From the NCBI GenBank assembly GCA_039794005.1, contig JBAMMA010000004.1, forward strand, positions 1 to 44,986: a DNA stretch of 44,986 bases, in the 5' to 3' direction. This DNA comes from Thermoplasmata archaeon (GTDB lineage: Archaea; Thermoplasmatota; Thermoplasmata; Thermoplasmatales; ARK-15). Of the stretch, positions 20,901 through 30,300 are shown one piece after another. Numbering within the stretch: position 1 is the first letter of the stretch; each line of letters opens with the position of its first letter. The notes under the pieces are model-generated. The model searched no databases, was not told the origin of the DNA, and worked only from the letters and a program-made list of their open reading frames with translations. The translations under genes and the position numbers were made by a program.

Positions 20901-22239
20901 TGAATATATAAATGTTTGTTGATGAATCTTCAAAAATTGGAATATTGATTCCAGAGGATGTTGTATTTATTGAGGTATTATACCAATAAATTGTAGAATA
21001 AGAATAGGCATATAATGCATCGTAATAAGATGCATTGAGATTATAATTTAAATCAATATAAGAATTTAGTATATAAAAAGTTGATGACTTAACTACAATG
21101 ATATGATATTGCATATATCTAGACACATTCAAAGGAGTGTTAAAATTTACAAAAACGGATGATACAATAATTTCATTAGCTCTAGCCTGATCTATAAATA
21201 CTCGAATTACTCCATTTAAATAATATCCAATAAACATTGGTGGTGAAACAAACGCGGTTCTATTTTGTATTGGAAGTTTTGTGAGATTAATCTGAAATGT
21301 CAAAACCGGTGATGACCCATTTATTGGTTTTGTCATTGAATATAAGGTATATGAACCATCAGGTGTCGTAAGTTCAACAATTCCTTTTGATGTCCCTGGA
21401 ACAAAATTATAGCCTGTTCTGTAATAGATATTGACCGTTATATTTTCAATCAAATAATAATACTGAACAGGATTCAGCAACGTATAATTTTCAGATATTA
21501 AATTCAAACCCGGATTTGGAACGCTTTTTAAATAAGGGGAGTATCCTACAGCTAATAATGATTCGTTGGATGGATAAGACTTAAACATTGGGGAAATAAC
21601 GCTGTTTATTAATTTTACATTATTTGAATATGATATGTTTATAGATGGTGCATACTTAGCCATTTCAGCACCTGTTTTATTCATTCCAAATTGAATTGCC
21701 TTTTGAATAGAAGTTTGGTTTACACCGGTTATTTTACTGTCATATGCATAAAAAGACCCTCCATAAATATTTAAATTACCAAAAAATGATAACGATGAGT
21801 TATAAAGATAAACAGCACCTGTTGTTGATACTGTCATATTTAAATATAAACTAGGACCTAACATATTTGGAGCTACAGTTACGCTACCATTATTAACAAT
21901 TAGTTGCCCTTGTATTATAAAATAAATAATATTGTATATGCTAGATAGGAAATATAAATGTGCATTTTGAACTACAATTTTACCTGTTGGTCCTATTATA
22001 ACGGGTGTATCCACCCCATAATATCCATACTTCCCGGTTAAAGGATCTTTAGTATTTTCATTTATGTAAAATGTGCTGTTAACCCATACTGGCGGATAGC
22101 TATAAAAATTCTTTACCTGTCTATTTTCTTTGAAATAATTAACATGAGGATATGAATTATAATTCATTGGAAATGCAGAAACCAACAATAAAGATACGAT
22201 AAATATGACCCAAAACCATTTCATATGTAATTTAATCAA
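17914..22239 (-). CDS. Large cell-surface protein: signal peptide, beta-rich/CARDB-like Ig repeats, TM helix, cytoplasmic zinc ribbons (set A)
   Basis: N-terminal signal peptide; CARDB-like motifs (IFETNYFND, YNESDYSND, LKNIGG); many N-x-S/T sequons; TM ILTVSAILIIIIIFVSLYFV; six CxxC motifs (CPNC, CPVC, CYVC, CPNC, CLSC, CKVC). Confidence 0.8.
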   Translation of the reverse strand: MIKLHMKWFWVIFIVSLLLVSAFPMNYNSYPHVNYFKENRQVKNFYSYPPVWVNSTFYINENTKDPLTGKYGYYGVDTPVIIGPTGKIVVQNAHLYFLSSIYNIIYFIIQGQLIVNNGSVTVAPNMLGPSLYLNMTVSTTGAVYLYNSSLSFFGNLNIYGGSFYAYDSKITGVNQTSIQKAIQFGMNKTGAEMAKYAPSINISYSNNVKLINSVISPMFKSYPSNESLLAVGYSPYLKSVPNPGLNLISENYTLLNPVQYYYLIENITVNIYYRTGYNFVPGTSKGIVELTTPDGSYTLYSMTKPINGSSPVLTFQINLTKLPIQNRTAFVSPPMFIGYYLNGVIRVFIDQARANEIIVSSVFVNFNTPLNVSRYMQYHIIVVKSSTFYILNSYIDLNYNLNASYYDALYAYSYSTIYWYNTSINTTSSGINIPIFEDSSTNIYIFRNAIVYARNWDGTYVVGSSVNILPYDIGISQSYVNNLNRIIWNIYNPSFVTNSSGIVILPLLSDVLNYNYFPNGLYLGNYNLTFYNPINGGKLKEVTISLNHFPMLSTLSNNYPYVISFNIPDFRVISVNVPKPLIIGKTYTLSAYVGYFGGPPTENTTVIFKLQGPKGIQNFGTFPVLLQRNASVTITNSISLSGLGYGNYTIIVEINSYHTIFETNYFNDIFSEKITIYPNVDFAIENVNLSESYLLVPVKISFKTQNLGTDSFFTANLEVYYIYNTKEYIILNKTIPSAPENFSVSFIPSFPGIYTLYIIINQIWDYNQSNNIYEQTLTFNVDYFVSKITYNILSNPISPSTTSVQVSLNVYIGSKNVLPIDIPPLLVNYYLNNIYIGSSYVRGFQNYAVSSLTYTLRVGSIYNLRVWINANKAYNESDYSNDNASFTIQIPIVNGYSILPGSAQYNSTLNVYGTFNITTGSLSNTVILLKIGPKQWNYYIGNFTGYSSFNFRFNISLVLLHITTPTVFEKYSVLVTGDQLNGSSVIIGSGNIFIYYPASINVTYFGIYQKANYTLGMFVPFKIVLKNIGGIASTPMYANITLGNYSKEFLVPSIPAQKTYIMIVDFNLTQVGPLTSYLQLGTLNITGPIINVGYPYIQPYVIMSSHNVLGGNYLEVQAYLLNLNATQEYGYSIYEPNYPVYLYLAGRSYMEYTSSNGSAVFLIQIPTNISGNYTVRLSFNSGGQLTYQDVGYVIISQPFPILTVSAILIIIIIFVSLYFVTTIQAKHEFMRKRTCPNCGAPIYEKAIKCPVCDYNLEEETDHCYVCDTLYPKHSKYCPNCGEIFTDERDLDYAFLSTVKDEYDKKLEEIHLNYLQMRKPESEFFIWWMNNKNYESFRLYLLKEEFQQKKKECLSCGAINDIDADICKVCSKPLPPSYTIPPPILDGFRKGILDWGTGMEIYSSVSKPGAEYTVQSLPPLVRIGIKFSKLGQLFKKNMRRKL

Positions 22240-22271
22240 TCTCTAATAATTAAATTTTATTCTTTTAATTT

Positions 22272-22763
22272 TTAAACATTTGACGTAAATGTATAACTAT
22301 ATGAAACAATATTACCTGAAATTATTTTGAAAGAATAACCATATAAAGATGTTCCGAGATTCTGATAATTTATTATTATTACATCTCCTGCATCGAGTTT
22401 TCCATCATTATTTACATCAACAATTGTAACAGTAATTTTTCCTTTATCTGCAGATATTTTAACCGGTGTTGTTGTCAAAACTACTCCATAAGAATTAATA
22501 AGATTTTGACCGGATGGGCTTTCCAAATACAGATAGAATGGGGATGGAATTGAACCGGATTCCACTATAAAAACATACTGATCATTTTGTTCACTGATTA
22601 CTGACATTTGTAAATATGAAGATGTACCTTTCGATGATGTAACACCTGTATATAGACCAGAAGCATACAAATACAAAGCTAAAGCTAAAATTACCGTTAA
22701 AGCTAATATTAAAAGTGTTGATAGTATTTCAGATATTCCATTTTCTTTGTTTAATATATTCAC
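22272..22763 (-). CDS. Archaeal type IV pilin (Pilin_N/DUF1628-like)
   Basis: NKENG|ISEILSTLLILALTVILALALYLY class III signal peptide; 163 aa; C-terminal DVNNDGKLDAGD loop. Confidence 0.85.
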   Translation of the reverse strand: MNILNKENGISEILSTLLILALTVILALALYLYASGLYTGVTSSKGTSSYLQMSVISEQNDQYVFIVESGSIPSPFYLYLESPSGQNLINSYGVVLTTTPVKISADKGKITVTIVDVNNDGKLDAGDVIIINYQNLGTSLYGYSFKIISGNIVSYSYTFTSNV

Positions 22764-22920
22764 ATAAAATTAATTGATATTTTGATATAAAAGTTTAATG
22801 CTGTTTTTAAATTTTATTTTCAAAAAATTATTTATATTAATAATTATTTAGTTGAATTAGGAAATCTAAGTTTTTATAATTAATAAAATTTAAATAAGAT
22901 AATATCCATAATTTTGATGT
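22764..22920. promoter_or_regulatory. Divergent promoter region between pilus set A and set B
   Basis: 157-bp AT-rich gap with TATA-like boxes about 22-25 bp before each start: TTTTATAT on the minus strand near 22785-22792 and TTTAAATA near 22889-22896. Confidence 0.5.
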
Positions 22921-23763
22921 ATGAATAAATTATTTTATAAAGATAGGGGTGTTGCTTCAGTAATAGGTACATTATTTGCATTATTGTTAATTGTAACATT
23001 AATTTCAGCTTTTATGACACAATATGTTCCTGTTTATATGAAAACAAATGAAGCACAACATGATTCTCAAATTATTTATTCCTTGTCACAAATGAAAACC
23101 TTTATAGATTTACTGGTAGCTACAGATCAGGTAAACTATTCACTATCTGTAAATGTACCTATGGGAGCGCCGGGGATACCAATATTTGCACCCTCCACGC
23201 CTTCTCAATTAGAAATTTCTATTTCTTCTAATATCACAAATATTACAATATTCAATAAAGGTAAGTTTATATTCGAAGATAATTCTACAGGATATGTTGA
23301 GATTTATGCATACAATAATTATTATCCACAGGAGAAAATAATTTATGTAAATGGTGGAATAATAAGATATAATTTAAATTACAATACATCAACGATTTTT
23401 GTTGGCCCAAGTTTTTCAATTCAAAATACATCTAAAGGGTATATATTGAATTATTATATTTATAATATAATTGGAATGCCTGGATCAAACACCGGTACTA
23501 ATACGGAAGATTTACTAATCTCTCTGATGGGGATAACAAGAACAACATTTACAAATGCAACTGGTTTTAAATATGTAAATATAACAATAAATAAAACATA
23601 TCAATTTTCAAGCACATTAGCATCATGGTATTATTCACAATCAATTTTATATGGATATAACGGCCAATATTTAACCTTGAATAAAAATAAAATCTCATTT
23701 TCAAATGTAATTCAGGTAAACGTAATTACATCGTATTTAATGATTACAATGGAATCGAGGTGA
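22921..23763 (+). CDS. Pilin-like protein with class III signal peptide (set B)
   Basis: KDRG|VASVIGTLFALLLIVTLISAFMTQYVP...EAQH; GIPIFAPSTP and NNYYPQE correspond to SIPILVPPSP and NRVYPQE in the set A paralog. Confidence 0.82.
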   Translation: MNKLFYKDRGVASVIGTLFALLLIVTLISAFMTQYVPVYMKTNEAQHDSQIIYSLSQMKTFIDLLVATDQVNYSLSVNVPMGAPGIPIFAPSTPSQLEISISSNITNITIFNKGKFIFEDNSTGYVEIYAYNNYYPQEKIIYVNGGIIRYNLNYNTSTIFVGPSFSIQNTSKGYILNYYIYNIIGMPGSNTGTNTEDLLISLMGITRTTFTNATGFKYVNITINKTYQFSSTLASWYYSQSILYGYNGQYLTLNKNKISFSNVIQVNVITSYLMITMESR

Positions 23764-23773
23764 GGTGATTAAA

Positions 23774-24763
23774 ATGGCGGTAAATAAAAATCAAAATAAA
23801 CCAAGTTTTTTTGATATAATTAGGGGTAAAAAACCACTATCGCCTGAGCCTAATAAAATTTATAAGATTAGTGTTCCAAAAGGTACTGGACCATCTTTCT
23901 CAACTTTAACACCATTACAGAAAACTGCCTTATCTTTATTTGGAAAAAGAGCTATGAAAAATAAAAACCTATCAAAACTTGCAGATGATTTATTAAAAGC
24001 CCATATGCCTTTAAGGGCACACGAGTACATAGCTTATGTCTACCTGGTTTCACTTTTAATAACTATTCCAATGCTTGTGTTTTTAGTAATAAGTGTAATT
24101 TTAGGAATTATTATATTAATTTTAATAGCACTATTGGCCACGATCATTATTCCAATGATTGTATATGTAATTATGATGGGAAATCCTGCATCTGTTGCTA
24201 AAACTAGAGGTAAAAAAATAGATGGAAAACTTCCATCGGCTATGAATTTTATTTCAGCATTAGCATCGGCAGATGTTAACGTAGATATGATATTTAAAGA
24301 ACTTGCAACAAGAACTGAATATGGAGAGGTAGCTAAAGAAGCGGAATGGATAACAAGAGATACGGAATTGTTGGGAAAAGATATATTAACATCTTTAAGA
24401 GATGCTGCAAAGAGATCTCCGAGCCAAAAATGGTCAGAATTTTTACAGGGTGTGGTAACAACATCTACTTCAGGAGGAAGATTGAAACCATATTTCGTTG
24501 CTAAGGCCCAGGAATATGAAAATGAGAGAAAATTGCAGATGAAAAGAACTATGGAAACTATAGCACTGTTTGCTGAAAGCTTTGTTAATGTAGGAGTTGC
24601 ATTTCCACTCTTCTTAATCATTATCATTGCAATAATGGCATTGATTACTCCAAATTCTTCAACAAATATGATTTTATTGGAATTTACCGTATTTGTTATG
24701 CTACCCGTTTTAATTGGAGTTTTTGCTTGGATAATTAAATCAACAAGTGAGGTGGTGGCATGA
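23774..24763 (+). CDS. TadC/T2SS-F-like platform membrane protein (set B, first)
   Basis: DLLKAHMPLRAHEY, RGKKIDGKLP, SPSQKWSEFLQGVV. Start placed at ATG 23774 after GAGGTGA; the ORF track starts at GTG 23765. Confidence 0.9.
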   Translation: MAVNKNQNKPSFFDIIRGKKPLSPEPNKIYKISVPKGTGPSFSTLTPLQKTALSLFGKRAMKNKNLSKLADDLLKAHMPLRAHEYIAYVYLVSLLITIPMLVFLVISVILGIIILILIALLATIIIPMIVYVIMMGNPASVAKTRGKKIDGKLPSAMNFISALASADVNVDMIFKELATRTEYGEVAKEAEWITRDTELLGKDILTSLRDAAKRSPSQKWSEFLQGVVTTSTSGGRLKPYFVAKAQEYENERKLQMKRTMETIALFAESFVNVGVAFPLFLIIIIAIMALITPNSSTNMILLEFTVFVMLPVLIGVFAWIIKSTSEVVA

Positions 24764-25647
24764 ATGGAAATATTGTTAAATCTAAAAATAAGGATAAGGG
24801 GAAATTGATCTGGTATACATCAATTGTGATTGGATTTATTTTTATTATTATAGGGGCGATTTATGCGATTAACGGTAAAACTATTGGTGTCTTGAAACCT
24901 TTGGATTTAGTTGTAATAGGAATCTCACTATTCTTTGGCCCATATGGCATATATTGGAATTTGCAAAATAAGAGAATTAAAGCAATAGAAGCAAGACTTC
25001 CAGACTTTTTAAGAGATCTTGCTGAGGCTTCAAGATTTGGTATGACTTTGTCGGATAGTATAATAGTGGCTGCCAATGGAAGATACGGACCATTAACAGC
25101 TGAGATTAAAAAGATGGCTGCACAAATAGAGTGGGGAGTTCCTGTAAAAGACGCACTTGAAAGTTTTAAAGAAAGAATTAGGACACCTTTAGTGGAAAGG
25201 ATGATAACCATTATAATAAAGGCTAATGAATCTGGTGGTAATGTTTCAGACGTCTTGCACATGGTTTCACATGCTGCATTAGAGGAGCAATTGGTAGAAA
25301 AGGAAAGGGTAATTGAAATGCAAACATACGTTTTTGTCATGTTTATTGCATATGGTGTATTTCTTGCTACAATTTTAATCCTTGCCGCCAGTTTCTTCCC
25401 TGAAATGTATAAGGCAGGTAGTGCATTAGCAGGTGCTTCAACGTCTGCCGGTACACCGGTTACAGTAAATTATAAACTAATACCACAAGTTGAATTTCTA
25501 TTTGTAGCAGCAACTCTAATAAATGGGCTAGGTGATGGAATTATTGCAGGAGTTCTTTCCAATGGAAAATATGAATCTGGATTCTTTTTGGGATTTGTAT
25601 TATTTATTGCTGGATATTTATTCTTAAAAATTATGGGTTTGGCCTGA
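24760..25647 (+). CDS. TadC/T2SS-F-like platform membrane protein (set B, second)
   Basis: RLPDFLRDLAEASRFGMTL, GRYGPL, ESGGNVSDVL; ATGA overlap with the previous gene. Confidence 0.9.
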   Translation: MNGNIVKSKNKDKGKLIWYTSIVIGFIFIIIGAIYAINGKTIGVLKPLDLVVIGISLFFGPYGIYWNLQNKRIKAIEARLPDFLRDLAEASRFGMTLSDSIIVAANGRYGPLTAEIKKMAAQIEWGVPVKDALESFKERIRTPLVERMITIIIKANESGGNVSDVLHMVSHAALEEQLVEKERVIEMQTYVFVMFIAYGVFLATILILAASFFPEMYKAGSALAGASTSAGTPVTVNYKLIPQVEFLFVAATLINGLGDGIIAGVLSNGKYESGFFLGFVLFIAGYLFLKIMGLA

Positions 25648-25656
25648 GGTGAAAAA

Positions 25657-27309
25657 ATGGTTGAAAATAAACGAAAATATGGAACTTGGTATCTTAAAAT
25701 TGTAAAGCCATTCGTTAATAAAGATATTGAAAATAAAACTTTAAAAATTTTATCACCGACTGATGTAAATTACATGAGTACTAGCTATCAGACACCAATT
25801 CCAGAAATAAAAGACCCTAGTTTAAAGCAAGTAGAAATTATGCCTATAGAAAAACCATATTCATATGTTAGGATTTTATTTAACAATTTATATAATGAAT
25901 ATTTATATGAAATTATTGAACCTCCCTTAAATGTAGCCGAACAAAAGTTATTTGATACTATAAAGGCGAGGATCATCGATTTAATTAATTATAAAGAATT
26001 TGAAAATGAAAATCAAAGAAAAAGGTATCTTATAGATTTAATGGATCAAGTACTGGAAAATTTAGGGGAATCAATTACGAATGAGACAAAAAGCAAATAC
26101 ATCTATTATTTAAATAGAGATTTTGTTGGCTATGGACCTTTACAAGTTCCAATGATAGATCCTGAGGTAGAAGATATATCGTGTGATGGAGTTAACATTC
26201 CCATTTACATATACCATAGAAAATATGAATCCATTAGATCGAATCTAAAATTTGAAAATGATGAAAAGCTCGATAAATTTGTGGTCTGGATTGTACAAAA
26301 ATCTGGAAGGCATATATCTATCGCAAATCCTATGGTTGATGCAACACTTCCGGACGGTTCAAGATTACAGGCCACGCTTGGGAAATATGTAACAAAAAGG
26401 GGATCATCATTTACAATAAGAAGATTTAAACCAAATCCATTTACGCCATTGGACTTGATAAAATTTAAAACAATGTCGAGAGAAATGATGGCCTATTTAT
26501 GGCTTGCAGTGGAAAATGGAATGAGCATGATAATAGCCGGAGGTACAGCTTCAGGGAAGACAACCACTTTGAATGCAACACTTTTATTTATTCCACCTAC
26601 TGCTAAGATAGTTAGTATAGAAGACACAAGGGAATTAAATCTTCCACAGGAAAATTGGATACCTGGTCTAACTAGAGAGGGTTATGGGGAGTATAATCCA
26701 GTTACAGGTAAAAAGGCTGGAGAAATTGACATGTTTGATCTTTTAACCGCAGCTCTAAGGCAAAGACCTCAGTATATAATAGTTGGAGAGGTAAGAGGAC
26801 CAGAAGCATATACAGTGTTTCAGGCAATGGCAACCGGTAAGACATGTTATACTACATTCCATGCAGACGATGTTAAATCATTGGTACACAGACTTGAAAA
26901 TCCACCCATTAATCTTCCAAGGGCCCTAATAACGTCACTGGATATTGTTCTATTACAGGGCCAAGTTAAAGTAGGCCCAAAGATGACAAGGAGGGTAAAG
27001 GCTCTCACAGAGATTGTGGCATTGGATCCTGAAACAAATGAATTGGTTACAAACAATGCCTATGTCTGGAATCCAGGAGACGATACATTCAATTACAGCG
27101 GTCATTCATATGTTTATGAAAAAATTTCAACCATTAGAAACTGGTCTCCAAGAAGAATGGAAATAGAGGTAAGGAGGAGGGAGCTGGTATTAGAATATAT
27201 GGAAAAATTAGGAGTTTCTAATTACAGGGATGTTGCAAAAATAGTCAGCGAATATTATAAAGATGCAGATACAATGATAGAAAAAATACAAAATGAATTA
27301 AAAAAATAA
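25657..27309 (+). CDS. Type II/IV secretion (archaeal T4P) ATPase, set B, TGK variant
   Basis: GGTASGKTT, IEDTREL, LRQRPQYIIVGEVRG, TGKTCYTTFHA; GAGGTGA ribosome-binding site upstream. Confidence 0.95.
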   Translation: MVENKRKYGTWYLKIVKPFVNKDIENKTLKILSPTDVNYMSTSYQTPIPEIKDPSLKQVEIMPIEKPYSYVRILFNNLYNEYLYEIIEPPLNVAEQKLFDTIKARIIDLINYKEFENENQRKRYLIDLMDQVLENLGESITNETKSKYIYYLNRDFVGYGPLQVPMIDPEVEDISCDGVNIPIYIYHRKYESIRSNLKFENDEKLDKFVVWIVQKSGRHISIANPMVDATLPDGSRLQATLGKYVTKRGSSFTIRRFKPNPFTPLDLIKFKTMSREMMAYLWLAVENGMSMIIAGGTASGKTTTLNATLLFIPPTAKIVSIEDTRELNLPQENWIPGLTREGYGEYNPVTGKKAGEIDMFDLLTAALRQRPQYIIVGEVRGPEAYTVFQAMATGKTCYTTFHADDVKSLVHRLENPPINLPRALITSLDIVLLQGQVKVGPKMTRRVKALTEIVALDPETNELVTNNAYVWNPGDDTFNYSGHSYVYEKISTIRNWSPRRMEIEVRRRELVLEYMEKLGVSNYRDVAKIVSEYYKDADTMIEKIQNELKK

Positions 27310-27323
27310 AAATTTAAAAACTT

Positions 27324-30300
27324 TTATTTCTTTTCTTCTTGTGGTAATGGTGAACCACATACTTTACAATATTTTGATCCCTTTGGATTCGGTGTACCGC
27401 ATACTGGGCATATCACCGTGGGTCCAGACTCTTCTCCTTTTCTCTCTAAGAATCTCTCAAATGTCATAAACTCTGGCTTATTTGACCACCATTTATAGAA
27501 TTCCTCATCTGAGAACTTATCACCAAGATCTCTCTTAGCTTCGTCTTTGTATTTCTGTATTTCAAGATCATACTCTTTCTTATATTCAACTAACTTCTGG
27601 TATTCTGGATCTGTTTCTTCAGCATAAACAACACCGCACACTGGGCAGTATTTAGCATCCTTCTTAATCCATGAACCGCAGTTACCGCATTTGACATTTT
27701 CTTTCTCGAATACAACACCGCACACTGGGCATTTATCAGCATCAGCAGGTATTAGACTTCCGCAGTTTCCGCATACCATCAGATTCTTTTCAACTTTCTT
27801 GTACTTCATGTAAGAATATCCAAAGAATCCAACGATCACAATAACAACTACAATAATCGCAATGATCCAGAGTGGAATAGATATAGGAGGAGATGATATG
27901 GATAATTCTTCTGGATAATTATAAGTCAAAACACTGGATGATAAAGAATATCTTATACTTATAGGATAATTTCCTGCAGATTTAACTGTGATGGAGAATA
28001 TTGCAACACCTGATGCCCCTGTATTTCCAGTATAGTAGTATGGTCCAATATATAAATCTACAGGAACATTTTTCATATACACGATTCTACCCTGTTGCCT
28101 GGTGGCATTATTATTTTCAATCATTACACTAACTGTAAATGACTGACCTGTCTGGTATGGTGGAGATGGATTAAAGCTTACAAATACAGTTGTTTGTGGC
28201 ATTACACCATAATAATAGAATGTTGCAGACTTTGGTCCGGGTACCTTTTGAACTATGTTTGTATAATTGACATAAGCGGTAATGGGCGTTAACCCATAAT
28301 TATTTACGGTCAAATTGTAATATACATTAACTATTTGGCCTGGAGTTATATTATTCACGGTCTTTGTAAATATTGTTGTACCATTCATGGTTATATTTAT
28401 GTATGTTGTACCTATAGCTGTCCAACCCCCTGTATTTTCAATAGACAATTTTATTTCGAAAGATACTCCTATAGGTATGTTTAATTCATTTAGGCTACTT
28501 ATATATGTTATGCTATTATTTGGTATATATGTAAATTGTAATATTGTTAATTCTGGCCTTTCAAATACTGTGAATGAATTTGAATATAGGACTACATAAT
28601 ATGGATAAATCTGCGGGTAAGTAACATAAACATAATATGTTACGGGCACGGCATTTCTATTATTGAAAGGCAATATTGAAGTATTTAAATAATAAATAAC
28701 TGATACAAATTCTCCGGGTGTTGCGTTATATACCCATACCTTCTGGATGTTTAGCAATGGAATTTGCAATACTATATTTAAATTCGTTATGGATATAGGG
28801 CCAACCGTAAAATTGACGTATATTGGCACAACACTACCATTCATGAATGGACCGGTAGAGGATGAAATAGATGAGACGGAGATTTGAACTGATGGTATGT
28901 TAATTGTAAAGTTGTAATAAACATATGTTATCTTAGAAAGGTTGTAATATGGATTTGCCAATATTGCCTCAATCCTATACGTATGCCCGTACATGAAATA
29001 GTTTGTGGTTAAATTTGCATAGAGATAGCCATTTGAATAATAAGTCATAACATTGTTTAAGAATATTCCATCAGATAGATCATAATATGATACAGTTACA
29101 TTTGGTGCATATTTTGGAATAACATTTGAAACACCAATCTTCGTGAATAATAATATGTTCATTGGCTGAGTGAATGTGATGTTTGATAAAACAACATAAT
29201 TGGAAGGTGTTTGTATGAAATAATAAATTATGCTTGATTGTGTAGTATTGCTTAAAACCATTTCTTGAGGATTTATATCCCAGTAATAATATGCCTTCAC
29301 GTAGGCATAATAATACCCTGGATTTGTAGGAGTAAACCTATAATTCAATATTATGGATGATTTACCGTTCAAAGATATATACCAGGTTTTTGTTGCATTC
29401 ATATTTGGACCTAGTAGTCTCATGTATACCTCAAATTGACCTGTTGGATCTGTTCCTAAATTGCTAACAGTAATGTTTATAGATAAATTGGAATACAATA
29501 CTATAGGTGGGAATTTTATTGAAGATATTGCTATTTCTACATCTGGATATATTGTGATCCTTTCTACATAATAATCTCCTGAATAATTGCTCTCCAATAT
29601 TGACTTGGTTGGATTTACGGTAACATTTAATGTGTAGTTTCCAGGAACTATATTATCTGGAACTATATAATTGACTGACACATTATTTGTTCTGTTTGTG
29701 TATAAATTTGCATAAACCGTTTTTATAAAACCTGGCAATTTAAATTGAACTGGTACATTTGTCAGATTACCACCATAAACCTTTATTTTTGCTGTTATGG
29801 TATAATTATGATTGTGTATCATCATCATTGAAGAAGTTACATTTGTCACTATTATCTGGGGAATTACTATTTTCATTGGAATTAAGTAATAATTCATTTT
29901 TGTATAGAGATTTGGAAATGGTGGCAAACCAATTTCCATATTCCTTAAAACACGCCCATTTAAAGATAAATTAAATAGGTAATTTCCTCCATATAATGCA
30001 TTTGGCCAATATTGCATTTGAACTATATCACTGAATAATGGAACTATTCCTATTCCAGAAAGATTTGTTTTAAATGAATTAGATATTGAGAATTTTGAAT
30101 ATAATATTGTATTATATTGATTTACCGTGGAATTACTTAAAACTACATTTGTCCCCTGATATTGATTAAGTATATCTGGACTAACGGATATGTTTACTCC
30201 AGATATCGGCTCCTTATTAAAATTGTATAATTTGAATACAGCATATCTGTATAAATAAATGGCTGAATTCGAATCCATCCAATATGGAGGATCGTAGTTA

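Noticed and set aside
24040-25340. Long antisense ORFs 24040..24627 and 24861..25340, and similar ones within valS, thiolase, hbd and fumarase
   Set aside because: They mirror the sense-strand codon frame of established genes and lack motifs.
12194-27309. Archaellum (arl/fla) operon
   Set aside because: No archaellin, ArlF/G or fused ArlJ, and no intact ArlH. Paired short TadC proteins and Pilin_N-type pilins indicate non-archaellum type IV pili.
27628-27731. CRISPR-like or diversity-generating retroelement repeat
   Set aside because: Only two in-frame copies encoding zinc ribbons; no spacer array, cas genes or reverse transcriptase in the window.
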